The position numbers and the translations under genes were made by a program. The notes below the pieces were generated by a model. That model had not been told where the DNA came from, made no database searches, and worked only from the letters and a program-made list of their open reading frames with translations. Of a stretch of 64,000 nucleotides of DNA, positions 51,695 through 60,404 are shown piece after piece. This DNA is from Candidatus Acidiferrum sp. Lineage in GTDB: Bacteria; Acidobacteriota; Terriglobia; Acidiferrales; UBA7541. How positions within the stretch are numbered: the first letter of the stretch is position 1; each line of letters opens with the position of its first letter. The stretch is taken from positions 79,766 through 143,765 of the forward strand of contig DATEHF010000052.1 of the NCBI GenBank assembly GCA_035279725.1, written 5' to 3'.

Positions 51695-54541
51695 ATGTTA
51701 TATGCATACCGTTTTGTTTTTGGCTCTCTCAGTATTTTTCTCTTACTTGGATTCTCTTCGTTTGCGCAAGAACGCAGAGCTGCGATCTCTGGTCACGTGA
51801 CGGATACCAACGGTGATCCCTTGGTTGGCGCCCGCGTGGAACTGCAGCCGCTGGGGCAAACAGCGGCTACAGATGCCCAGGGCCAGTTCGCCATCTTGGA
51901 TGTGGCGCCAGGAAAATACACGCTCACCGTCTCTTATGTAGGATTCAAATCATATTCCAAGGACGTGACCGTGGCCTCGGGTGGCTCGGTGAACGAAGAT
52001 GCCGTGCTCGCGATCGAAACGGTCAACGAGCAGGTCATTGTTCGCGGGGAACGCGAGCACGGGGAGATTGAAGCCCTCAATCGTGAGATTACCGCGGACA
52101 ATATCGTGCAGGTGCTCCCCGCCGAAGTCATCACCAGTTTGCCGAATACCAACATCGCAGATGCCCTCGGCCGCATGCCTAGCGTTTCACTGGAACGTGA
52201 CGAAGGCGAAGGAAAGTATGTCCAGATCCGCGGCACCGAGCCACGCCTCAGCAACGTCACGATCGATGGCGTGCATGTGCCTTCTCCAGAGGGAGTGCGC
52301 AACGTAAAGTTGGATGCCATTCCCGCCGACCTGGTCGATTCGGTCGAAATCAATAAAACCCTTTCCGCAAACCAGGAAGGCGATGCCATCGGCGGCTCCG
52401 TCAATCTGGTGACCAAGAAACCCACCGAGCAACCTTACATCAGTCTCTCTGCTATGGGTGGATTTACTCCCATCTCCGGCGGTCGCACCCTCGATCAGTT
52501 CGGCGGAACTTTTGGCAAGCGCTTCGGAAATGAAAAGCGTTTTGGTTTTTTGCTGGGCGGCAGCTACGACCACAACAATCGCGCCATCAACGACGTTGAG
52601 CCCGTGCCCGGTGTTCTCGATTTCGGAGTTGCCAATGGCGGAAACCAGGGGGTCTTCTTCGGCGAAGACATTCGCCAGTATTGGTATGACCGTACGCGCT
52701 TCGGCTTCGCTGGGAGCGCCGACTATAAGCTGGGAACGGGGTCTCTTGTCTATGGGCGCGGCCTGTTTTCGCAGTTCTACGACAACGGTGAAAACTGGAA
52801 CTACACGGTTACTCCTGGCAACTTCATTACGCCGACGACAACAGATAACACCGGCAGCATTAGCATGAACGATTTTCACCGCACACCGCAGCAACAGATT
52901 TTCGACTTGACAGTGGGCGCGAACCACACCTTTGGACCTACACTGATTACCTACGAATTCTCCGGGGGCCGTGCGAAATATGATGGCGGGTTCCAGTTCG
53001 CCAATTGGTCGGGGCCCAGCGGGGTGCAATTCGGCGTGGACACCAGTAAGTCGGTGGTGCCCAGGTTTCCCGTCCAGAACGGCGTGAACATCTATGACCC
53101 CACTCAATATCAGCTTGGTTTTCTGCTCTATCCCTGGGATGACCATATCCACGAACGGGATTTCAGCGGATCGATTACGCTTTCCAGGCAATATCAAATT
53201 CATTCGCGATTCGGTGTCTTTGAGATGGGCTTCAAGGCCCGCGATGCCGACAAAGTGCGCACGGGGGGAAGATCGTTCAGGCCGTATACGGGCGCCACGG
53301 CGTTTCCGATGAGTTCAGCCCTCAAGACTGTTCCCAACTACAGCTTCTATTTCGGCCTTTTCACTCCAGGCCCGCTCTCGGACTACAGCAAGATCTCGCA
53401 GTTCGTCAATTCTAATCCTGGTTCTTTCCCTGATGATCCGGTAAGTGATCAGATTGGGAACGACCCCAATCATTACGACACCGGCGAGCGCGTCTTGGCC
53501 GGATATGTGATGAACACGATCACTTTGGGGCATGTCCGTTTGCAGGGCGGGTTGCGGTTCGAGGGGACCCAAGGTTCGTTTGTTGGGAATACCGTGACGA
53601 TCACCACGGATCCTGTGACTGGGAATACCGTCGCCACCACAGTGCCAGTCAAGGGAATGCCGTCCTACGTAGATGTTCTGCCAAGCATACAATTTCAGTA
53701 CATGTTTTTTTCTAACACTAAACTCCGGCTGGCCTATGGAAGGGGCATTGCGCGACCCAATTTCTCCGATCTTCCCCCGTTTGCTGTCGTTGACCAGACC
53801 AGCACTCCTACCGGGGTACAAATGGGCAATCCGAATCTGAAACCAACCCACGCAAATGATTTCGACATTTTATTCGAACACTACTTAAAGACTGTCGGGA
53901 TCATCCAGGCCGGGTGGTTTTACAAAGCAATGACCGATCCTATTTTTTCAGTGACTTCGAGTCCTACCACGGGCCCATTTGCCGGAGACCGCGTGACAGG
54001 GCCAATCAATGGTCCAAGCGCACACCTCATGGGCATTGAGATGGCCTGGGAGCAGCACTTGAAGTTTCTTCCAGGCCTCCTGAACGGTGTCGGCGTTTCA
54101 GCAAACTATAGTTACACGACGTCAAGAGTTAGCTTCCCAACTGATTTCGGACGAACCGATCACCCGGCACTTTTGCGCCAAGCGCCTAACAACTGGAACT
54201 TTGACACCACCTATGACAAAGGTCCCATCTCAGCACGCATGGGCCTGACTCACAACGACGCGAATATCTGGTCGTATCAATTCCAAGACAGCGCGCCACT
54301 GGGAATAAAGGGCCCGCTAGGCGATCAATATCTTTATCCTCATACACAGGTGGACGCGCAGGTCAGCTACCGCATACCCCGGGCCCATGGAACTCAGGCT
54401 ATAGTCTCCTTGCTCAATTTGAACAACGAAGTTTTTGGCTTTTACTTCGGTAGTGAAAAGTATCCAATCCAACGAGAATACTACAACCGAACGGTCTCGC
54501 TTGGTTTGCGCTGGACTTCCGGAAGCGGCGACTTGAAATAA
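51695..54541 (+). CDS. TonB-dependent outer-membrane receptor with N-terminal carboxypeptidase-regulatory-like domain
   Basis: 948 aa. Signal peptide; ISGHVTDTNGDPLVGARVEL (CarboxypepD_reg); plug-domain blocks (ADALGRMPSVSL, KYVQIRG); C-terminal beta-barrel ending in LGLRW. Confidence 0.85.
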   Translation: MLYAYRFVFGSLSIFLLLGFSSFAQERRAAISGHVTDTNGDPLVGARVELQPLGQTAATDAQGQFAILDVAPGKYTLTVSYVGFKSYSKDVTVASGGSVNEDAVLAIETVNEQVIVRGEREHGEIEALNREITADNIVQVLPAEVITSLPNTNIADALGRMPSVSLERDEGEGKYVQIRGTEPRLSNVTIDGVHVPSPEGVRNVKLDAIPADLVDSVEINKTLSANQEGDAIGGSVNLVTKKPTEQPYISLSAMGGFTPISGGRTLDQFGGTFGKRFGNEKRFGFLLGGSYDHNNRAINDVEPVPGVLDFGVANGGNQGVFFGEDIRQYWYDRTRFGFAGSADYKLGTGSLVYGRGLFSQFYDNGENWNYTVTPGNFITPTTTDNTGSISMNDFHRTPQQQIFDLTVGANHTFGPTLITYEFSGGRAKYDGGFQFANWSGPSGVQFGVDTSKSVVPRFPVQNGVNIYDPTQYQLGFLLYPWDDHIHERDFSGSITLSRQYQIHSRFGVFEMGFKARDADKVRTGGRSFRPYTGATAFPMSSALKTVPNYSFYFGLFTPGPLSDYSKISQFVNSNPGSFPDDPVSDQIGNDPNHYDTGERVLAGYVMNTITLGHVRLQGGLRFEGTQGSFVGNTVTITTDPVTGNTVATTVPVKGMPSYVDVLPSIQFQYMFFSNTKLRLAYGRGIARPNFSDLPPFAVVDQTSTPTGVQMGNPNLKPTHANDFDILFEHYLKTVGIIQAGWFYKAMTDPIFSVTSSPTTGPFAGDRVTGPINGPSAHLMGIEMAWEQHLKFLPGLLNGVGVSANYSYTTSRVSFPTDFGRTDHPALLRQAPNNWNFDTTYDKGPISARMGLTHNDANIWSYQFQDSAPLGIKGPLGDQYLYPHTQVDAQVSYRIPRAHGTQAIVSLLNLNNEVFGFYFGSEKYPIQREYYNRTVSLGLRWTSGSGDLK

Positions 54542-54592
54542 ACGGAGGGTGGGAAGCACCCGCCTTCTTGATTCACATCGATTCAGAAAACG

Positions 54593-54631
54593 TTCGGCGG
54601 GATTGTGAAGCAGTCCCGCCGAAGTTGTTTT
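54593..54631 (+). terminator. Rho-independent terminator of the TonB-receptor gene
   Basis: Perfect 10-bp stem TTCGGCGGGA / TCCCGCCGAA with an 11-nt loop, followed by GTTGTTTT. Lies about 50 nt after the stop. Confidence 0.7.
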
Positions 54632-54759
54632 GGAATCAGCCCGTAGCTAGCCGCAAATGAAGTTATATCCCCAGGCTAGGCTGGCGCATCCAATTCGGAG
54701 TAAAATGGTCGGATATCTCGTAATCGTCAGGGCCCGAGGAGACACTCGAGTTTATCCGC

Positions 54760-55743
54760 ATGCTTAGCACTGGCCACACCGCCGCATCCCCCCGAGAATC
54801 AAAGGGTCACGAGGAGGCCCATCTGGGCCAAGTGGGTGAGTCTTTGCTCGACCGTATCGGGAACACGCCCCTGCTGCGGCTGCAACGTGTCGGCCAGGAA
54901 TTCCCTAACATTGAGTTCTGCGCCAAGGCAGAGTGGTTCAATCCAGGTGGCTCCGTCAAGGACCGGCCGGCCCTGAGCATGATTCAAGCCGGTCTCGCCA
55001 GCGGTGCACTGCGTCCCGGCAAGACCATCATTGACGCTACCAGCGGCAATACCGGGATCGCCTATGCCATGGTGGCGGCAGCGCTAGCTTATCCAGTGCA
55101 ACTTTGCCTGCCGGACAGCGCTTCGCATGAGCGCAAGCGCATCCTGGCGGCGTTCGGCGCGGAGCTGGTGATCACTCCGGGCGATGAAGGCACGGACGGT
55201 GCAATTCGCAAGGTGCACGAAATCGTCGCCGGCAACGCCGACAAATATTTCTACCCGGACCAATACAGCAATCCCGCCAACTGGCAAGCACACTATCGCA
55301 CCACCGCCAACGAAATTTGGCAACAGACCTCCGGCCGCATCACTCATTTTGTCGCTGGACTCGGCACCAGCGGCACTTTTGTTGGAACGACGCGGCGGCT
55401 CAAGGAACTGAATCCCGCCATCCGATGCGTGAGCCTGCAGCCAGACGCTTCCTTTCACGGATTGGAAGGCTGGAAGCACATGCCTACGGCCATTCGCCCA
55501 GCGATTTACGATGACACGCTGGCCAACGAAAACTTGCCGGTCTCCACTGAAAAGGCTTACGGTCTAGTGAAGCGCCTCGCACGCGAAGAAGGCTTGCTCG
55601 TTAGTCCCAGCGCGGCAGCGGCGTTGCTGGGTTGCTTCCAGGTTGCGGCTGGAATCCCAAAGGATGCGAACGCCGTCATCGTCACCATTTTCGCGGATTC
55701 CGCGTCGAAGTACTTGAACGAACGATTCTGGGACGAGGAATAG
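54760..55743 (+). CDS. cysM: PLP-dependent cysteine synthase, CysM-type (thiocarboxylate-dependent candidate)
   Basis: 327 aa. Blocks NPGGSVKDRPA (PLP lysine), SGNTGIA and GLGTSGTFVG. First gene of a cysM-mec-cysO-moeZ cluster. Confidence 0.82.
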   Translation: MLSTGHTAASPRESKGHEEAHLGQVGESLLDRIGNTPLLRLQRVGQEFPNIEFCAKAEWFNPGGSVKDRPALSMIQAGLASGALRPGKTIIDATSGNTGIAYAMVAAALAYPVQLCLPDSASHERKRILAAFGAELVITPGDEGTDGAIRKVHEIVAGNADKYFYPDQYSNPANWQAHYRTTANEIWQQTSGRITHFVAGLGTSGTFVGTTRRLKELNPAIRCVSLQPDASFHGLEGWKHMPTAIRPAIYDDTLANENLPVSTEKAYGLVKRLAREEGLLVSPSAAAALLGCFQVAAGIPKDANAVIVTIFADSASKYLNERFWDEE

Positions 55744-55745
55744 CC

Positions 55746-56234
55746 ATGGTCGATCCAACATCACTCTGGATCAGCGCGCATCTCGCGGAAAAGATTCGCG
55801 CACATGGCGCGGAAACTTATCCGCATGAATGCTGCGGCGCTCTGCTGGGCCGCGATTCGAATTCCATCGTTACGAGCGATCGGGGCGATGGCTCGAGCAT
55901 TGCCGGCCGTGAGATCTTGGAGCTATTTCCGCTCGTCAACCGGCGTGACGATTCGCCACGCAATCGATTTTCAGTTACCGCGCAAGATGTGCTGGAAGCG
56001 GAAAAAGCGGCGCGCGGCCAGGGTCTCGACGTCGTCGGTTGGTATCACTCGCATCCCGACCATCCGGCACGGCCCAGCCAATACGACCGCGATCACGCCT
56101 GGCCGTGGTACAGCTATATCATCGTCAGCGTGCACAACGGCGCGCCTCAGGACATGACCTCGTGGCGCCTGAACGACGATCGCGCGGAGTTTTCACCCGA
56201 GGGAATCGAAATTCGCCACCGCGCTGCAGTTTAG
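55746..56234 (+). CDS. mec: JAMM/MPN+ metalloprotease (Mec-like, CysO-cysteine hydrolase)
   Basis: Start at ATG 55746, 3 nt after the cysM stop. E in HECCGALLG and the JAMM motif HSHPDHPARPSQYD. Confidence 0.85.
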   Translation: MVDPTSLWISAHLAEKIRAHGAETYPHECCGALLGRDSNSIVTSDRGDGSSIAGREILELFPLVNRRDDSPRNRFSVTAQDVLEAEKAARGQGLDVVGWYHSHPDHPARPSQYDRDHAWPWYSYIIVSVHNGAPQDMTSWRLNDDRAEFSPEGIEIRHRAAV

Positions 56235-56326
56235 AAATTTGTAGCGACGATCTTTCGCGGTTTTTGCGTCCCGGTCCTGCCGGGGAGGCCGTTATTCTTT
56301 TTCAGGGTTTTCGGAGGAATGCATTC

Positions 56327-56608
56327 ATGCCCGTGAAAGTAATGATTCCGTCGCCGCTTCGCCCCTATGCCGGAAAGCGCGACTCGGCCGAATTCAATGC
56401 CCGCACCGTCGGAGAAGCGCTCGGCCATCTCACGACGGAGTTCGGAGAGCTGCGCAAGCATCTCTTCACCGAAGAGGGCAAGCTACGCAGCTTCGTCAAC
56501 GTTTACGTGAACGACGAGGACATTCGCTACCTTGCGAAAGAGAACACGCCCACGAAGGATGGCGACACAATCAGCATTATTCCGTCCATCGCCGGCGGCT
56601 GTATCTAA
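56327..56608 (+). CDS. cysO: ThiS/MoaD-fold sulfur carrier protein CysO with GG-CI C-terminal extension
   Basis: 93 aa from ATG 56327 (SD GGAGGA). FVNVYVNDEDIRY and IIPSIAGG closely resemble mycobacterial CysO, but the ORF continues for two residues (Cys-Ile) after Gly-Gly. Confidence 0.8.
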   Translation: MPVKVMIPSPLRPYAGKRDSAEFNARTVGEALGHLTTEFGELRKHLFTEEGKLRSFVNVYVNDEDIRYLAKENTPTKDGDTISIIPSIAGGCI

Positions 56609-56694
56609 ATCCGTCATTTCGAGCGAAGTGAGAAATCTCTCTTCGCTCTTCGTTTTTGCAGCTTGAATCGGATTCTGAAGGAGCAAGAGACACA

Positions 56695-57879
56695 ATGGCC
56701 ACGACCACTCAGCCGCAGACCGGCGCAAAACCGGCAGCGAGCCTCTCAAATCAGGAAATTTTGCGTTACAGCCGCCATCTGATCATGCCGGAAGTGGGCA
56801 TGGACGGGCAGCTCAAGCTGAAGAGCTCCAAGGTGCTGCTCATAGGCACAGGCGGGCTCGGCGCGCCGCTTGGCTTGTATCTGGCCGCCGCAGGCATCGG
56901 CAAACTTGGCTTGGTTGATTTTGATGTCGTTGACTTCACCAACCTCCAGCGTCAGGTCACTTTCGGCACTAGCGATGTCGGCAAGCACAAGAGCGAAGCC
57001 GCTCGTGCGCGCCTCTCGAATTTGAATCCAGATATTCAGATCCAATCGTTCGAAACGCAGCTGACCAGCGCTAATGCGCTCGAACTCTTCAAGGATTTCG
57101 ACATCATCGTCGATGGCACCGACAATTTTCCCACGCGCTATCTCGTCAACGACGCGTGTATTCTTCTCCGCAAGCCCAACGTGTATGGCTCGATTTTCCG
57201 ATTCGAAGGCCAAGCCACCGTTTTCGGCATGCCTGATGGTCCGTGCTACCGCTGCCTCTATCCCGAACCGCCTCCACCAGGGCTGGTGCCTTCCTGCGCC
57301 GAGGGCGGCGTCCTTGGTGTCCTGCCCGGAATCGTCGGTTCGATCCAGGCGATGGAAACCATCAAGCTGATTCTTGGCCGCGGCGACAATCTCATCGGGC
57401 GCTTGCTCCTCTTTGATGCTCTCGGGATGAAGTTCCGAGAACTCAAGCTGCGCAAGAATCCCAACTGCCCCGTCTGCGGCTCGCATCCTACGATCACGAA
57501 GCTGATCGACTACTACGAATTCTGCGGCGTGCGCGGCGAAGAGGCGCCAGGCCCGACCGTGCAAGTGCCGGAGATTACTCCGCGCGAACTGAAAGCCCGG
57601 CTCGATCGAGGCGATGATCTCTTCATCCTCGATGTGCGCGAGCCCCATGAGTACCAGATCTGCAATCTCAAGGGACATTTGCTCCCGCTGGGGGAGCTTA
57701 CGCGCCGCGCTCACGAACTCGATTCGTCGCAAGAAATTGTGGCGCACTGCCGCAGTGGCAAGCGTTCCGCCGAAGCGGTGGACTTCTTGCGCAAGGCCGG
57801 CTTCCGCAAAATCCTCAACCTGAAGGGTGGCATCCTGGCATGGTCGGACGAGGTCGATCCGTCCGTTCCAAAATACTGA
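56695..57879 (+). CDS. moeZ: MoeZ/MoeB-type adenylyltransferase-sulfurtransferase (E1-like domain + rhodanese domain)
   Basis: 394 aa. Blocks RYSRHLIMPEVG and GTGGLGAP. Zinc cysteines CYRC and CPVC. C-terminal rhodanese active-site loop CRSGKRS. Confidence 0.88.
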   Translation: MATTTQPQTGAKPAASLSNQEILRYSRHLIMPEVGMDGQLKLKSSKVLLIGTGGLGAPLGLYLAAAGIGKLGLVDFDVVDFTNLQRQVTFGTSDVGKHKSEAARARLSNLNPDIQIQSFETQLTSANALELFKDFDIIVDGTDNFPTRYLVNDACILLRKPNVYGSIFRFEGQATVFGMPDGPCYRCLYPEPPPPGLVPSCAEGGVLGVLPGIVGSIQAMETIKLILGRGDNLIGRLLLFDALGMKFRELKLRKNPNCPVCGSHPTITKLIDYYEFCGVRGEEAPGPTVQVPEITPRELKARLDRGDDLFILDVREPHEYQICNLKGHLLPLGELTRRAHELDSSQEIVAHCRSGKRSAEAVDFLRKAGFRKILNLKGGILAWSDEVDPSVPKY

Positions 57880-58034
57880 CTAGTCTGACTTAGACTACTT
57901 CAGACTGGCCTTAATTCAGACTCGTCAACAAGCATCTTTTCTGCCCCTGGGGATGGCTCCTAAACCGCCCCCGGGTGTTTGTGCTTGTAGCTGCCCGCAA
58001 GTGTGGGCATACTCGCACTTGCTCAGGAGAACAA

Positions 58035-58268
58035 ATGCCGGCCACAAAGATTACTGTCAATCACCATGGCTCCATCCGCGTCGAAGGCGAATTTGAGATT
58101 TTTGATCCGGAAGGTCGGCCCTTTGGTTTGGCTGGGCGGACGACCATTGGGCTCTGCCGCTGCGGTCATTCTGCGAATAAGCCCTTCTGTGATGGTTCGC
58201 ACAAGACCTGCGGGTTTACCGATACTGTTGCTGCCAGGGAACTCCCTCCTCCCAAACCCAAGCCGTAG
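58035..58268 (+). CDS. CDGSH iron-sulfur domain protein
   Basis: 77 aa from ATG 58035 (SD AGGAGA). Contains LCRCGHSANKPFCDGSH, the CDGSH 2Fe-2S signature. Confidence 0.8.
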   Translation: MPATKITVNHHGSIRVEGEFEIFDPEGRPFGLAGRTTIGLCRCGHSANKPFCDGSHKTCGFTDTVAARELPPPKPKP

Positions 58269-58306
58269 TAGAGTAGCTTCGACCTGTGCCGAATGTTTCA
58301 AATGTT

Positions 58307-58341
58307 GAGACTGTCTCAGGCTGAGACAGTCCCGATTTTTT
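58307..58341 (+). terminator. Rho-independent terminator after the CDGSH gene
   Basis: 9-bp stem GACTGTCTC / GAGACAGTC with a 5-nt loop, followed by CCGATTTTTT. Confidence 0.7.
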
Positions 58342-58582
58342 ACTTGATACTGGCCGTCCGCCCGGTAACTCTAACGAAACAAAAATGATAGCGTCCTAAT
58401 CCGCTTTGATTTTGTGTTCCGGCCTCTGTCTCGAACAGTTTCGAACGAAACTCCTTCTTTCCGAGTATCCCAATAACTTATTTATTTTCAATGTCATGCA
58501 GAGATGGCTTTTTAGCCAGAAAAGGTCACAAACTTGCATTCCTTGGGAGTTGATAGTTTTTCTTCGGCATTTGGGGGATTTC

Positions 58583-59941
58583 ATGGGCAGTTGGGCCAAA
58601 ATGACGGGGTTTCTCGGCGTGGATCGCAAGTCGGTCTCGGCGCGGAACTTTCATAAGCAGGTTCTCGTCGCTTGTGGTGCCGCGTCCCTGTCGCTGTTCC
58701 TTGCTCTGGTATTCTACCTTCGCCAAGTCAGCGTCGCAGGTTCCCCGCAAGGCTATCTATACCTGGAAGTTGGCGGCACGCTCCTGAGCTTCTTCTATGC
58801 GGCCATTGCCTTGGTTCGTTTCCGGGGTACCCACGATCGCACGGCACTAATCCTTGCCTTCGGGTTTGTGCTCTCTGGAATTATTGAAACTGTCGGTTGC
58901 TTCGGACTGAACGATTCGCTCCTCTCTGGCGCCCTGGCGCTGTCTCACATCCCGATGGGCTGGATGGTGAGCCGCACTTTGCTCGCCATTCTATTACTTG
59001 CAGCTATTGCCGTTGAGCGCTACATGCCCACGGCCCGCCAGCCCAGCAAGGAGACCGCTGCTGCTCTCCTAGTTGTGGCCCTAGCCGCTTATGCGACGAG
59101 TGCCGCGTTTCTCGCCGCGCCCGCCGCGCCGGTCGCGCACGGCGCAAACTTGTTCTCGCGCCCCTGGGACTTGCTTCCAGCAGCACTGTTTTTGGTCGCG
59201 GCTGTGTGCTTCTTACAACGTCTGAAGAGCGACAAAGATAAGAAGGGCTCCGCAAGTCTTTTCGACCAATCGCTTTTCATCGTGGCTTCGCTCAACGTGG
59301 TTTGCCACGTTGCGGCGGCATTTTCCCGCCAGCTGTTCGATGGACCGTTTTTTCTCGCTGAGTTGAGCAAGACATTCAGCTACCTGGCCATGCTCTCCGG
59401 AGCATTGCTGGAGCAAGCGCGTCTTTTCGAGCAAGTACGCTCGATGGCCGTCACGGATCCGCTGACCGGGTTGGCAAATTACCGCCGTCTCATCAGCGTC
59501 CTCGAAGCTGAGTTGGACCGTTCGCGCCGCACGCAGCGCCCGTTCAGCGTCGTCCTGCTCGACATGGACGGTCTGAAAATCATCAACGATCAATACGGGC
59601 ATTTGACGGGGAGTCGCGCGCTAGTGCGCATCGGCAAGATTCTGCGCAATCACTCCCGCGCGATTGACACCGCGGCGCGCTATGGCGGCGACGAGTTCGC
59701 TCTGGTTTTGCCGGAAGCCGGCAAAGACATTTCTTCGCGTGTCGTTTCTCGAATCCGCGAACGTCTCTCGGCCGAGCCGGAGCATCCCGCGCTTGCTGTT
59801 AGTGCCGGTATCGCGGCGTTTCCCGAGGATGGCGATACGCCAGAAAAGCTTCTAGGCGCCGCTGACCGCGCCCTCTATGCCATGAAGAACCATGGCCGGA
59901 GCAGTGTTCAGAATCTCGCGCGCATTGCCGCGTGTCTGTGA
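58583..59941 (+). CDS. membrane-bound diguanylate cyclase (GGDEF) with intact I-site
   Basis: N-terminal ~280 aa with about 7 TM helices. C-terminal GGDEF domain (DPLTGLANYR, RYGGDEFALVL) with RxxD (RAID) five residues upstream of GGDEF. The start is uncertain (58406 to 58601); 58583 is one in-frame ATG. Confidence 0.78.
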   Translation: MGSWAKMTGFLGVDRKSVSARNFHKQVLVACGAASLSLFLALVFYLRQVSVAGSPQGYLYLEVGGTLLSFFYAAIALVRFRGTHDRTALILAFGFVLSGIIETVGCFGLNDSLLSGALALSHIPMGWMVSRTLLAILLLAAIAVERYMPTARQPSKETAAALLVVALAAYATSAAFLAAPAAPVAHGANLFSRPWDLLPAALFLVAAVCFLQRLKSDKDKKGSASLFDQSLFIVASLNVVCHVAAAFSRQLFDGPFFLAELSKTFSYLAMLSGALLEQARLFEQVRSMAVTDPLTGLANYRRLISVLEAELDRSRRTQRPFSVVLLDMDGLKIINDQYGHLTGSRALVRIGKILRNHSRAIDTAARYGGDEFALVLPEAGKDISSRVVSRIRERLSAEPEHPALAVSAGIAAFPEDGDTPEKLLGAADRALYAMKNHGRSSVQNLARIAACL

Positions 59942-59943
59942 GG

Positions 59944-60273
59944 ATGAATATGGTGACGCCTCGCAGGAAAAAATTTGTATTTCACCGAGTTGAAAAGCGC
60001 ATCCCGATGGAGATTCCCGTTCAAATCGAGGGCCATCGACAGGCGCCCGGCTCGGAATCGACTTTTACAGAGAATGTCAGTGCGGGTGGCGCGCGGGTGG
60101 TTAGTGTGCGCCGCTGGCAACAAGGCGAACCATTGGTATTCGCCTCACGCACTGGAGAGTTTCGCTCCCCGGCCCGAGTAGCTTACTGCCAACCATTGCA
60201 AGGCGACGGCTTTGCTATTGGCGTAGAGTTTCTCGAGCCAAAGGGGCGATGGGTTGTTCAATCCCCAAGATAG
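59944..60273 (+). CDS. PilZ domain protein
   Basis: RxxxR (RVEKR) and NxSxxG (NVSAGG) motifs. Candidate starts are GTG 59932 (overlaps the diguanylate cyclase stop at 59939..59941), ATG 59944 and ATG 59950 (both begin just after that stop). Confidence 0.65.
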   Translation: MNMVTPRRKKFVFHRVEKRIPMEIPVQIEGHRQAPGSESTFTENVSAGGARVVSVRRWQQGEPLVFASRTGEFRSPARVAYCQPLQGDGFAIGVEFLEPKGRWVVQSPR

Positions 60274-60404
60274 CTTGACCTGAAACGGCGAGCGGAGAGG
60301 AGGGAATCGCTGGAAAAAGAGAAGACAGTTAACTTGCGCAAAAGTTTCAAGAAGGCCTGAAGCGCTTGGCGGATCAAAAAGGATCAGCTGAGCGCTTCAT
60401 CCTT

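Noticed and set aside
55746-57879. The JAMM protease + ubiquitin-like protein + E1-like enzyme trio as a possible Bil/CBASS-type ubiquitin-like antiphage system.
   Set aside because: The trio is immediately preceded by a CysM-type cysteine synthase. The E1 carries a rhodanese domain. The small protein closely matches CysO, and no E2-like gene is present. This is the metabolic sulfur-carrier pathway.
57881-57922. GACT-rich direct and inverted repeats (AGTCT-gactt-AGACT; TTCAGACT twice, 16 bp apart) between moeZ and the CDGSH gene.
   Set aside because: The stems are only 5 bp and the repeats are short. This may be a weak operator or nothing. It is too little to support a claim beyond noting it.
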